Source of the DNA: Amoeboaphelidium protococcarum X5
Lineage: Eukaryota > Fungi > Aphelidiomycota
Assembly: GCA_023515725.1 (NCBI GenBank)
Contig: JALDTO010000154.1
Location: 248,001-312,000, forward strand
Direction: 5' to 3'
Length of the DNA: 64,000 nucleotides
Under the pieces are notes generated by a model that ran no database searches, was not told where the DNA came from, and saw only the letters and a program-made list of their open reading frames with translations. Position numbers and translations under genes: made by a program. Of the stretch, positions 41,138-53,710 are shown piece by piece (position 1 is the stretch's first letter; each line of letters starts with the position of its first letter).

Positions 41138-41810
41138 TCAGTTAATATCATTAGTCTTGATTTGATGATACCCACCCTGCTTCTTTGTGCGGTAGACATG
41201 AGCGGCCCAGCCAGCAGTTGATAAAGCAAACAAAATCCCAAAAACGATTGAAAAAGCAATAGCGGCGTCATATTAAGCTTAATGGGGACAAGCGCTCTGA
41301 TCGCAAAACTGACCAAAATATGGGCCTGCACAACAACTCGTGCAATTACCCAATTTGAAATCGCATTTACCATATAAACAATTCGCAGGGCAATTTTTAG
41401 AGCAGTCCTAGCTAAAGAACCCCATTTTGCACTAATTGCATATTCCAGTGAGCTTATCACACCTTCCAATACAATTCGAGGGACAAGTCTCTTCGCAGCG
41501 ATCACCAAAATTGCCATCCTTGCATTTATCACAAATCCCAGTGCTTTAATTGCATGAGGTGTCTCCCAAGTTAATAATTTGACATTTATCGGGGCATTTC
41601 CTGTTGCAGAAATCGCCATACATATTACTCTGGCATCCGTTTATGCAAAATCTTTCAATTTTATCACATGTGGGCGATCTGTAAATGTGTTTGTTTACAT
41701 TCTGTTGGGCAGTCCTTATCGCAATCTACGCCCCATTTACCATTTGCGCACTACTCTGCGCTAGCATAAAGGCCACTCAGAGCTACAATTGCGAATATCA
41801 CGAATCTCAT
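41138..41810 (-). pseudogene. EGF/laminin-repeat type I membrane protein (MEGF10/SREC-like) with a 1-nt frameshift
   Basis: Signal peptide, about five repeats like CKDGNFGDRCEETCPSNC, TM, tail with YHQI; the ATG-to-TGA span is 673 nt and the frame breaks near 41680-41697. Confidence 0.65.
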
Positions 41811-41921
41811 AATGTTGCAAATCTTTTTTATACTGTAGTTCTATTTATTAGTGATTTTGTAATAATAAAAACTGTCAAAGGGAAAGAGACAACGACAATA
41901 GAAATACCTTAAATACAATAA

Positions 41922-42488
41922 TCATATATTGAGTAAATCATCAAGAACATCGGTAGGTTCAGGTACTTCAGCCTACTCGGTGACATCAACCTTGATTTAC
42001 CTTTTGATGATGGGGGCGCTAGGAACGACTTTGTATTAATGATGAGCGGCAAATTCACCTCCCAAATTTTACACTTGCTACAGATTGTCCGCCTGATCTA
42101 GCTTTTCAAACATTTATCTATCCCATTGAGATTACTGCTGCCATTTAGACACCTTCTCAGAATGCTACTACTTCAACTACTCCTATTCTAGTTGTAAATG
42201 ATGCAATAAATCCTTTTAAGCCTGTATTTGTTACAATTTCTATTGCTTACTCTGTGTCGCTTTGTGAGGCACAGAATTCTATCCTTTACTATTTCCGTCA
42301 TTCAAGTCAGAGACAGACAGAGGAGAGAGGATCTCATCCATATAAACATGATTCCGCTTGTACCGAATTGCCGCAATATCTCTCAACGTTATGTGATCCA
42401 ATTCATCACCACCTTATTCCTGCACAAAATAATGTCGCTATTACTGCTACTTCATCTATTACACGTTCTGAGGCTATGGCAAAGTCAT
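41922..42488 (-). CDS. SWI/SNF-RSC subunit Ssr4/BAF57-like protein
   Basis: GDELDHITLRDIAAIRYKRNHVYMDEILSP followed by a coiled coil; 188 aa; absent from the ORF track. Confidence 0.7.
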
Positions 42489-42687
42489 TTTTAGAATTCT
42501 ATTTATATTCAGCAGTGTATAATTCAATTAGTTATACGATGAATGCGAGTTTTTTAAGGTGAGTTTAAAAGACAGAAGAGAGAGAGAGCGCGCGCTGGAG
42601 ATGCTTCAACTATATGAACACCAAAAATTTCGTCGCATATATTCATTCATTCATTGTTTTCACTTGAAGTCCTTTCATTATAATCAT

Positions 42688-43641
42688 TCAGAAATCTTTA
42701 ATCCATTATGACAGTCTGGAGTGATTTCTTGCCTCTGGATAATCTTAACCAGTAAGTACCGTGTCGTTAGGCATAGGCCCGCGCTACTGGTTGCGATATG
42801 TTTCAAAGTTTCCGAATTGCAACTGGCCTGAACGTTGACAGTACTCCTGCTCCTACTGGGATCCCTTCTCAAAATGTAGAAAGCAACATCTTCTGCCATA
42901 TTTGCATATTCCCTCCTCGTAAAAGGATCTGCACACCTCAGTCTTGTAGCGTGGATGTCTTTTCACCAGTCTCAACTCTGCGCGATCATGGGCGAACAAG
43001 CACCTGGTGCCAAATTTACACTTGCCAGTTTCTTCAAAGGCGCGACACATTTCAGTCTTGTACAGCATCACCTTCTTCTCATCTTTGTACGCTTCATCAG
43101 AAATGTAAGGCTTTTTCTCGTGTCCAAGAGAGAAAGATCTTGATTTGCCACCCTTCAATGAAGTTGGCCACGGACGGCCATCTTCGAATGCTCCCGTAGA
43201 GGAGATGGTATCAACAGAGCCATTGACGGACGCGTGATTATCATCAGCTGGAATCTCACCATCTTCCAAAGACGCCTGACGATGAAAGACTCTGAACAGC
43301 TGCTCCTCTTGATACTTGGACAATTTTTTGAGCCATAGTTCATCATCTTCAGGATCAGACTCAAGAATCCCTTTCGGTAGGAAATACTGCGGATGGTCCT
43401 GAGGTTCACTCTGAACTTGATGACTCTCAGCCAGCTAATGACGCGCAAACAGATGGCGAGAGTCTGTCAGAGGACTTTACTGCAATTCTTACGCGTTGGC
43501 AGAGGGATCATCATTGAAAGGAGATATTAGGCTATGATCAAGCGGCGTGTGATTGAGGCAATCACCGTTTGTTACAACTGAAACAATTGTAATCTCATCA
43601 GTCACCTCTTCAGGAATATCTTTCAAAGTAGCTCTCATCAT
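42688..43641 (-). CDS. Tandem CCCH zinc-finger protein (TTP/Cth2/Zfs1 family)
   Basis: YKTEMCRAFEETGKCKFGTRCLFAH and YKTEVCRSFYEEGICKYGRRCCFLH. Confidence 0.92.
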
Positions 43642-44416
43642 TTTTGAATACTCAAATGTTATTAATGGAGGAGAAGGAGTTGCATTAGGAGGATATTTTG
43701 GTGATAGTTCATAATTCGATTTATCAAACCGGTAGCTACCAATGACATTCGAATTGATCTATCGCTGAAATTCGATTTTATCAATCACCAAAGGAGCGTC
43801 GACTCCAATCTCAAAAATACCACCATAAGCACAGCACTTTATGACAAATCGCAAAATTAATAAGGCTTTTACGTAATTATGGCCCAGAATCCAGGAACTA
43901 AATTACATTCAGCTAAGTTGCCACACCACTGTTCTGTACATACAATTTAGTAAAGTTTAATGTCATTAGGAAAGCCCGAAATGCTAATTTGTGCCAATTT
44001 AACAACCTCAAAAGTTCCATTGAAGTACGATAATCTTTTGTCACGAATTCTGTATTTAAGAGCACAATTCTCGACATTCTTAACTTATCACGCATACTTT
44101 TAAGGAGAATTGTTTCTTCAATAAACTTCACAGAAAAATTAGACTTTTTACTTTAATATAACCACACTCCTCATGTGTGTCCTAATATTTGGCAGGATAT
44201 CAACTTTATACAAACACGGATTGCGACAAAAATATTAATCCTAAAATCCGTTCATAATGACGCGTCTAAATACATTTTATAGAGAATTTATAATCTGTTT
44301 GACATCGATAAATGACTCCTTCATCTAGGGGCGAAACATATCTTTTTATCCTTTTTTCCATCTACAGTAATCACAATACATTAGTGATATAAAGTACTTT
44401 GTAAATCATTTGTAAA

Positions 44417-45202
44417 ATGAATTCTGAATAAATTTCTAAAGAGTTTGAGAAATTGTATGCTCTTATCAAAGATTAGAATCGGGTAATTGATGATCTTAGA
44501 CAAGAAGTACATGAATTAAAAGCTGAGCTTGGTAAAATCAAAGTGAGAGACCTACTTAAATCTTTCTAAGCTTTGTTCACGTACAGATTTGCGTCACTGG
44601 TTGAGAAATATTACGCATTTGAAGTTGAACGCAATCCTGGTTTATGGTAGTAGTCCTCTGTAAATCTAAGTGCCCATGTGAAGGCTGTCATTGAATCAGT
44701 GAAACGCGCTGTTGAAACTGATCAGATAAAGGAGATTGTTGAAAAGAAACGCGCATTTGATGAGCGCTGCGGCTATGATAGTTTGAAAGTCGCCGAGTAC
44801 TGTTACAATCATTTGAAGACAGAGGCATCCTTCAATGCTATGGCTCACCCTCTCATTGCGTGTCTATCAGATCCTGTACGGCTTAAGCATTTAAAGCCTG
44901 AGGCTGCTGCAATAATCAAGCTGTTGACACCAAACTCTAAACAATTTGCGAGTGTGTCAGTGACAGCCATTCTTAAGGAGGAATTTGTGAATAAGGATAT
45001 ATGTCCACCTAAAGGAAATTCTACTCCTCGCGTGCTCAGACTAAAGTCTCAGTTGGCTGGATAGGTACGGCATGATTCTAATTAAACATCCACTCCGAAA
45101 TAAAAGCGGCTCTTGACGCGTTAAACTACTTATAGCAAGAACAAGAGCCCGCCAGTACAAGAATCTCCCTCTCTGAAAAAGCTAAAGCGTAATAATAAAT
45201 GA
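44417..45202 (+). CDS. Hypothetical protein with N-terminal coiled coil and basic tail
   Basis: 261-aa ATG-TGA frame containing the 128-aa ORF at 44678. Confidence 0.6.
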
Positions 45203-45261
45203 TTCGAGAAACAATAAGAGTAATTAAGTTTGCATTAAATCAAATTATAACTGCGTAACAT

Positions 45262-45995
45262 TCAATTACAACATATCTTTAGTTAGTTTGCGACAGCGTC
45301 GTAAAGTATTTGCATCCTAGCAAAATTGGATTGCATTTTCTGATTCGCTATTTATAGTAACCACTCAAGATATTAGTCAGTCACCATCAATCGACGCGTT
45401 CCATCAGTTGTAATAACTCCAATAGGCACATCCAGTTTCATTGTGTGTCTAATCCCCACCATAACTCTTGATTTGGACAATGTCAAACCGGAATTACGAT
45501 ACCCGGCTTAAAGTGCAGTCTTAAGCAATGCTTCACCATTTTAAACACTATCAGCTTCCACATGGAGAACAAAAGGCTCCATCTTGAAATATATGATAGA
45601 CTCAAAATCTTGTTCACTTCCACTGGGAAGCTTAATAAGCTCTATAACACTACTAGTATCATCAACCAGATCATGCGACGCGTAAATCCATTCAGAAGCC
45701 TTCTTCTTCATTTTATTGTTATCTGTGGTATTAGAATCTGATGGTTGCGCCACAATAGATATTCTTCCTGAACAACTACAATTACGATTTAAATGCGATT
45801 TACATTATCATAACTATTGATTCATTAAATAATAAAAGCTAACCTGGAAGTTGTGACAAATTAGTCCATATCATTGAGCAAGTTTACAATGGGTAACGCG
45901 TGAGTATCTATTGACTACTTCACAGATTTATCATTTTCGTCTATAGATTTAAGAATTTCAGCCTTCCTTTAATTGAACGGAATTTATCCAGTCAT
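45262..45995 (-). CDS. TYW3: tRNA wybutosine methyltransferase; intron 45776-45843
   Basis: DKSVKQSID, VTTSSCSGRI (across the intron), FKMEPFVLHV, AGYRNSG. Confidence 0.9.
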
Positions 45996-46174
45996 GATTT
46001 ATATATTATAAATTTATAACGCGATATAGTAATTTGCAATAAAAAGAAACTTGATCTGGTGAAATTAAATGGGAAAATTACGCAATACTCAACTCGCGCT
46101 ATGATCAAGCAGTATAGTTTGACTAGCTAACGAAAATGGTTCCAATACAGTATAACATTGCGTATTGTGTAATA

Positions 46175-47366
46175 TCACGACTTTAAAGCTTAATCTTCTC
46201 TGGCATAGTAAAAGGTGATAAATGCAAAAGCTATGAATCCCAAAGCCCCGACAATCGTAACTACAAGGCAAATCAATAACACTTGACACAACTAACTCTA
46301 AAGATCATCATTAAAAAAAAGCTTACCTGTCCGTATGGATATCTTTGACGCGAGTAATCTTCCGCCGAGAACTGCAGCGCCGGTGCAGAGACAATGCGCA
46401 ATGGACGCGCCGAGTGAAACAAACACGAAATCTTCGGACGCGGCCAGCGCGATCGTTGCGATTTATGATCTGTCACCCCATTCGGCGAGGAAAGTCATCA
46501 CAAATGTCTGCACAAAGACGGGAGTGAGTAGAAGAGAAGCCAAGTTCTAGAGTGAAGTCAACACACTCACGTCCTTGCTCTTCATCGAATGGTCCAATAC
46601 GCCATCATCGTCATCGTATACGTTTCCTTCCTCCACCGTCTGATCGTCAATCTTCTTGCCAGCTCGTTGCATCTCCTACAACTCTTCCTCAACTTCAGAC
46701 ATTTCTTTGCTAGTTTCATCGCCCGTCATCTCATACCCCTCCTACACTATTCACGGGCGATAATAGTTCACATACACGTCCATAATCAAAGTAGATAGAT
46801 ACCTTGAGCATTTTCAAGCCAAAAACAAGAAACAATATTCCCGCCAACCATTAAGTAACTGATCTAGGAATTAAATTTGGCACTGCGTAACCCAGCGCGG
46901 CACTCAATACTGTCATCAGAACGAGTGCAGATGAAGCACCGAGAAAAACAATCAGTCTAGGATTTCTCATGGCCAGAATCGCTGCAATAATAAAAGTTTT
47001 ATCTCCAATTTCAGACATTGTTATGACCATGAACGCGGCGGTGAACGACTTGTATTTGTTAATCTCTTTCACCGGACCATCATTATTCAACGGACCTCCT
47101 TGCAGCTGTGTCTCGCGAGCCTTGATTACTTCCGTCTATGCAGACACCTAAACTAAATAATAATAATAATAACGTGTTATGCATTGGACAAATAGATGAA
47201 CAAAAGTTTAAATTACTTCAGGTTCAGCGAGAATATTCTTGATTGGTTCCAACGACACTTTGTCAAATTCAAGATTAATGTCTTGCCGTGAGTTGGTGTT
47301 GAGAGACCGAGCATAACCACATAGAACAACACTTAGTATAGAGAGAATTAATAACTTCATCTCCAT
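46175..47366 (-). CDS. GDT1: GDT1/TMEM165 Ca/Mn:H+ antiporter; introns 47148-47216, 46742-46802, 46261-46326
   Basis: SEIGDKTF and AEWGDRSQ motifs; spliced length 996 nt. Confidence 0.92.
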
Positions 47367-47889
47367 CAAACTTGATAAAATTTCCGGTAAAGCCTAATGT
47401 GACGCCAAGTAGGTAGGTGATTAACTGCAGCTAAGGACGCTTTTCAATGGCGGAACGCTCAAAGAAAATGAAAACTTTTCTTGAAACGGGGCAAAATCTC
47501 AAAAGATTCGGAGCTTCTAATGTCACCTAGGAGCATATTCAACCTTCACTCATCGTTTTTATACTTATTTAAGTTACTTATAGTCTTCTAATAGACGGAG
47601 GGGTCAAGTTGATATTTTCTGTTATCTAAGGCGTGTAGAGTGTAAAAGTTTCATCTTGGGCTATTTATAAACGCTATATTTCGTGAAAGTCGAAATTGTG
47701 AATTTTTGAATTGAATCTTGTTCTTTCCTCTCAAGCCTTTACTGTAAATCATTAGTCTACTTTAAGTTGAGGTGATTTTGTATTTTAATTTGACTGTACA
47801 TATCTCTGAATACTCTTTCTATTGCCTAGTCTACTTGATCAGTAAACCTCACTATCCGTCCGGAGATATATATATTCAATCATATACAA

Positions 47890-49209
47890 ATGGCGGTGGA
47901 TGATAAATATGTTGGGTTAATACTTGCTCTGTCCTCCTCCCTGCTGATTGGTGCTTCTTATATTATTACAAAGAAGGGACTCATTGCATCTAGATCTCAT
48001 CATAGTGGTGGCGGCACTGATAGTTACGGGTACTTGAGCAATAGCTTATGGTGGGTGGGAATGATTGTGATGGTTGGCGGTGAACTGGCCAATTTTGCGG
48101 CGTACTCCTTTGCACCGGCTATTCTGGTCACTCCGCTTGGAGCTCTGTCCGTCCTGATTAGTGCTCTGCTGGCTCAGTTCTTTCTGGGTGAACAACTGGG
48201 TCGCGATGGTATTATTGGTAGTGCTCTGTCACTTATTGGCTCGCTCATCATCATTCTCCATGCCCCGGAAGAGAAGAAGGTGGAGTCTATCAACGAAATG
48301 CTGTAATATGCACTGCAGCCTGGTTTCCTTATATATATGATCCTATCCACTTCCATTTCGGTATTGCTCATCTATCATTACGCGCCAAAGTATGGGAAGC
48401 GAAATCCGCTTGTCTACATCTCCATCTGCTCTCTGGTCGGCAGTATTACTGTGATGGCTTGTAAAGCGTTTGGTATTGCTCTAAAACTCACCTTCTCCGG
48501 TAATAATCAGTTTGTGTATCCATCCACCTACCTGTTTATCATAGTCGTTGTGACGTGTATAGTCACGCAGATGAATTACTTCAACAAGGCTCTGGATCTC
48601 TTCTCCACTAACATTGTCACTCCGATCTACTATGTGTTTTTTACAACTGCCACCATATCTGCCAGTGTGATTCTATTCCAAGGAATATCGGATACATCTG
48701 GAAATGATTTGACCAGTATTTTCTGTGGATTCTTGACTATATTTATTGGCGTCTTTCTGCTGAATACGCCAAAGACTGCTGGCGGTAATTAGAGATCCAG
48801 AGCTAATAGTCGATCGCATCATAGCTCAGCTCTAGATATTATCAAGAGTCCTTTTGTTTCCACGTATGGTTAGAATCCGGACAGATTTTAAAATTTGAAA
48901 GATGATGTTGATTTCCTCGAAGATGAAGAAGATGCGAATCTGAATGGCGTCGGTAAGTTGTATACTAATGGGTTGGCTGTGACTGGTCTCAATGACACCG
49001 ACAATATTAGTTACAACAATGATGAAGATGATGAATTGGTTATTGGAGATGATGGTCTGCTCATAGTACGGCATGAAGTCCCATTGAAATAGTCAGATTC
49101 TGAAAACACAAGTCGCAACGATAGTAGAAATGATAGTCGAAGTCCTTTGAGGCCATAGCGTTGAGATAGTTCCTTACTTTCTGGCCATGATTAAGAAGAT
49201 GGATGTTGA
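47890..49209 (+). CDS. NIPA-family magnesium transporter
   Basis: DKYVGLILALSSS, ANFAAYSFAPAILVTPLGALS, QMNYFNKAL. Confidence 0.93.
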
Positions 49210-49399
49210 AGTCGTTCTTCATGATACTCATATCTCTGACTTTTGTTTAAAATTCCCACTATCAATAGAATCATTACTTAATGCACGTTGCATCTTTATA
49301 GGTTTAAATCAAAATAACATTTTCTATTAAATGTTTAATACTCATCTGCGCAATACAATAATAAAGCATAGCATAAAAAGGCGCCATAATTTTTTGAAA

Positions 49400-51778
49400 T
49401 CATATCATTCCGAATCCTTCTGCATTTTGTAAGGCAGTCAGAAGTTTATCTTTTAACTTGTCTGAGCTAGAGTACTCTGGTAGGAGGAGAACATTAAAAC
49501 AAGTGTGGGAACTTGGCAGTCGTTCCGAGTCAGGACCACTTTTTGTGATAGTGAAGCCAAGTTTACTGAATCCATGAACAGGAACTCTATCAGTGCCGGT
49601 GGTAAAGAATAGTAAACGCTTCTTCTACTCGGTATCCAGATTAATCGCAACATCCCAGAATAGAGATACGACTGGAGAGTCGGCCGCATACCCACCATCG
49701 TACTAAGTATGTTTACGAAGCTCATTAAAATCTAGATCCAGAGTACCGCAGATTAACAGCTCCATTTCGAGCGGATGGAACAGTGAGATTGCACTTCCCT
49801 AACACACAGACCAGAATCCGTCTGCAAATGACTGGAACAACTTTTCACAGGACCTGTTAAATATGAAATCAACGTACAATTACACAAATTGCTCCCTGTT
49901 ATCATTCGTCAAATCTATAGATTGTCCATTAGGAAGAAGTTCGTATTGATGAGTTTAATCAAAGACTGAGTAATCAACAGCGAATGATCTATCATACACG
50001 TCCTTAACATCTCCATCTTTGAAATCTAATAGATCTTCCATTGATTTGCCAAGCATAGGATCGTATTACAATAGGTCATCCAATGAAGGCTTCTAACCGC
50101 TCAATTTCTTATATAAAGCAACCGGGAATTATACATCCAGTATGACACTATTATATATGGCAAGTCCAATCAATCGGCCAATCAGGCAAACTTCTTCAAG
50201 TAAAACCTTGTCAACATGGTTCTGAAGAAGCGTTGACTTTGTGAACCAATACAGACCACTATCTTCCTATCTTTCAAAGATGTCATACATTGGGTCCATC
50301 AACTCTCTAAAGATCAACTGAAAAAATTCCTTTTACACGCCTCCTTCATCTACACCTTCTTCTCCAATAAACTGAACTTTGAGCTGCTTCTTTAAATCCT
50401 ACTTTCGCCGCGGTTCCAGTTAAAACATTGCGTCTCTTACAATACTATCTCTTCGCACCTCAATAATCAAGTACGGACTATTAACACCTGCAAACATGGC
50501 TCTGAAAAACGAATCTTGCAATTCATGTCTCATCTACACCATAGACTCCACTTTAAGAATATCACTCTTTGTCGAGACATTCAATATCCAGGGATGATTG
50601 CAGAAAGAGAATCCCTCCTTGGCTTTATAATGAGGAAAATCTTCTTTAATTTCCAGATATTCATTTACATTTCTGTTGTACCACACTTACAGTCGAGAAT
50701 CACCACTAGTACTGCTGTTTACTTAGTCTATATCGTCCTATTCAATACTAAGTGGAACCAACTCGAGAAACTTACCACTCCAGCACTAGTGAAATAAACC
50801 AAGAACCATCACAGCATTTCGTAAAGCTTCATCCTTATTTATAACAACAGCGCCACTTGAACTATCAGCAGAGAGAACAACTTTTAAATCAATAATCTCT
50901 TTAACTCTTTGTGAGATGAACCTTTGCAGAGGTGTTATAAAAAGCATAAAGCATCGCCCGGTGAGTCTGACTTCATCCAGAATTTCCTAATTCGATCTAG
51001 AAATGTAATTATGCTGATTAAGATGATTCTATAATCTCTCAGAGGAGACTTGATTTTAAATAATGTTAACAAAGGCCAGCGAAAGATCATGCGATTTAAC
51101 CACAATTCTTGATAATACTTGCAGTACATGAATAGTCAAGTCATAACTCTGTCCAGACATGGAATCAGAATTGAGTTGGCATATCATAAATAACATAATT
51201 AGCAATGAATTAATACTATCGGCCTTTATAGACATTTCCGTATTCTCAACATTGCTGTATAACATTACTTTGTCCAACAATATAGTCAGCACTTTAATGA
51301 TGATCGAGCTATTATCCACCTGTCTGAGTAAATGCTAAAGCTGTGAGACTTGGCTATCAATCTTATGAACAATAAAATCTCTAATAAAGGCGTCAGATAC
51401 TGATTTGATATCTTTAAACATTCGGTTGATTATTGACTCCTTCTAGTTGCCCTGAGCAAGTTGCAGACAATGACATAGAGCCTCAATTCCATGCACATTA
51501 TCAGGGATTTATGGAGGTATTTCAACAAGACTGCTGGACTGCGGAACATTCTCTTATTATACAGCTTAAGCAACTGATCCAGAAGAGGATAAGCAGATAA
51601 ACTATGGACCTTATTCAGCCAACTATTGTGCAATTTCCAGAATTTCATCGTCCGACATAGACTTGAACTCCGTGGATGGATTGGAAGCACAAAATGAGTT
51701 GGTACAGCCAGAATTCTACCTGCATCCAATTCTTAATTAGTAGAAATATTTCTCTTTCAATTATTATGAATACTACAT
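49400..51778 (-). CDS. UBE3A/E6AP-like HECT E3 ligase with AZUL zinc finger
   Basis: [25 protein letters not shown] (AZUL); [28 protein letters not shown]; [10 protein letters not shown]; AEGFGMI. Confidence 0.88.
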
Positions 51779-51962
51779 CACTGCACTATGGAAACTTATA
51801 GTATGATGCTTAGAACGAGGGATGTTTCAATAGACGTTGGTCACAATGGAGAAAAGAAAAAATTGTTTCAGTTTTCGAAACACATGGGAGGAGAATAGAA
51901 TGAAATAACAGACCGCCTATAAAGCATAATAACGCCTTTTTGTTGAACCATCATTATCATAA

Positions 51963-53071
51963 TCATTGACTCATAATATTATTAACATTATTTTGTAACT
52001 AAGGCACTTATTTCCGGGATTTAGACCGTGCTTTATCGACATCCTTGGCTTTTTAAGACGAAATCAATGCATTTTATAAGCGCGTCATTATTGTCAAATC
52101 GACCTGATAACGTGCCAGTTTCAACAGTCTTGAGCACTACACTGTTTTAGTTACAATGAATTATACATATACAGAAACAACCTACTGCTATAGATTCTCT
52201 CAATGTGATAGAAGCATAAATCAACACACTGATAGCTACTTTGCTTGGGAGCTATGATTTAAATACATCTTCCATTTACATAACTTGAGTCAGGTACGTC
52301 TACAAATAAATTTAGGGAATAAAATAGACACTAACAAATAATCTACCAATCAGATACATACCATCGCGATTTTGTAAAGATTAGATTTCTCATTGATGCC
52401 AATCTTTTGAGAATACACGCCCAGGAACGTATATGCTGTTGGAAATGTCACTCGATAATCCTACACCTTTAGTGGTTAAACGCGTCCGCATTCAGACATC
52501 TTCAACAATATGATAATATTACCAGCTCTTTCAAAATAATCTACTCTGCATTCAGAATATCTGCAGATGCAATGGATAATACTTCAGTTGAATATTAAGT
52601 GCATAGATCAACAAGAGTAGATAATTTCGGTAAATTCACTTCTTCAACTTTCACGGCGATGTTTACAGCAGCTATAGCCATTATCCGATAATCTCTTTGA
52701 TGGTATATTATTGAATATTCAGAGGAATTGAAACGATCCATAATAGACACGGAGAGATAAAACGCTTCTTGCCTGAGATTCAACTTGTCGGATATATGGG
52801 AGATTAGAGCAATCTTTTGTGATCGATATTGATCTCTTCCCATATTCGCATGTTGCATAAGCTACGTTTCAAGTATATACAAGTGTTAAGTAATAGCACT
52901 TTCATATTCGCTCGTGACCATTTCAGCGGCATAATAATCTCGTTGAAGATATCCAGACTTTAAGCCACGATCTTTTGCATAATCATTGGATTTGTTGTAG
53001 TAAGATTTTTCTCCTCCATCTCTGAGGCGACCTTTCACCAAAAAGTCCAAGCAGCAAAAGATTCCAAACAT
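51963..53071 (-). CDS. Divergent cyclin; introns about 52461-52522, 52300-52361, 52137-52185
   Basis: Cyclin box EAFYLSVSIMDRF, IAVKVEE, AEQIILKELDYRVTFPT; start and last exon less certain. Confidence 0.75.
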
Positions 53072-53207
53072 TGCTAAATTATTGTACAGTATTATAACTA
53101 GCAATTACGCCCGAGTTGTAACAATTAAAGACAATGGATATTAGCAACTGATGGCGACGATCAAAACAATTATTTAAGACAATCTGCTGAAACAGCATTA
53201 TGCACAC

Positions 53208-53284
53208 ACGCGTCCTTCATCATTGTCAGTTGTTTCAAAATAACGCGCTCACACTTACTGAATTCAGCATTTTAATGGACGCGT
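53208..53284. promoter_or_regulatory. MCB-like cluster in the divergent cyclin/orphan promoter
   Basis: ACGCGT at 53208 and 53279, ACGCGC at 53243. Confidence 0.4.
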
Positions 53285-53710
53285 GAGGTTAGGAATCAGT
53301 AACAACTCAAATCTATTTGGATACTCAAAGTTTCATATTAGTTGGACCATATTTAGCACCCGAACACTCAATACAGAAAGTGTTGGGACAGAACCGTAGT
53401 CCCTTCCTCGCACAGTGTAAAGGGCGACTCAAAAAAGCATCAGCAAGCACGATATTCTTACCAGCATCTAACTCATACCATACCATGCCATGCAAAGTAA
53501 TAGTCGACATTCATATATTCAGAGCACTCAAATTTTTCAACAAAAACTCCAATTTGCATGCGAGCATCAAATCCAGCAACTGTCGAACAAAGAGCCCCAG
53601 TGCTGAATCGTCAATTACCAACCATACCTCACGAGCTACCAGCGGACAATTCGTTTCACAACTTGGGCAATTCTAGTCTTCTCTTAGTATAAAACGCTAT
53701 TTGACTGATC

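Noticed and set aside
41678-41697. 20-nt GT-AG micro-intron in the EGF-repeat gene
   Set aside because: Removing it does not restore the reading frame.
43710-43790. Repeated AATTCGATTT(T)ATCAA upstream of the CCCH gene
   Set aside because: Only two imperfect AT-rich copies; too weak to call.
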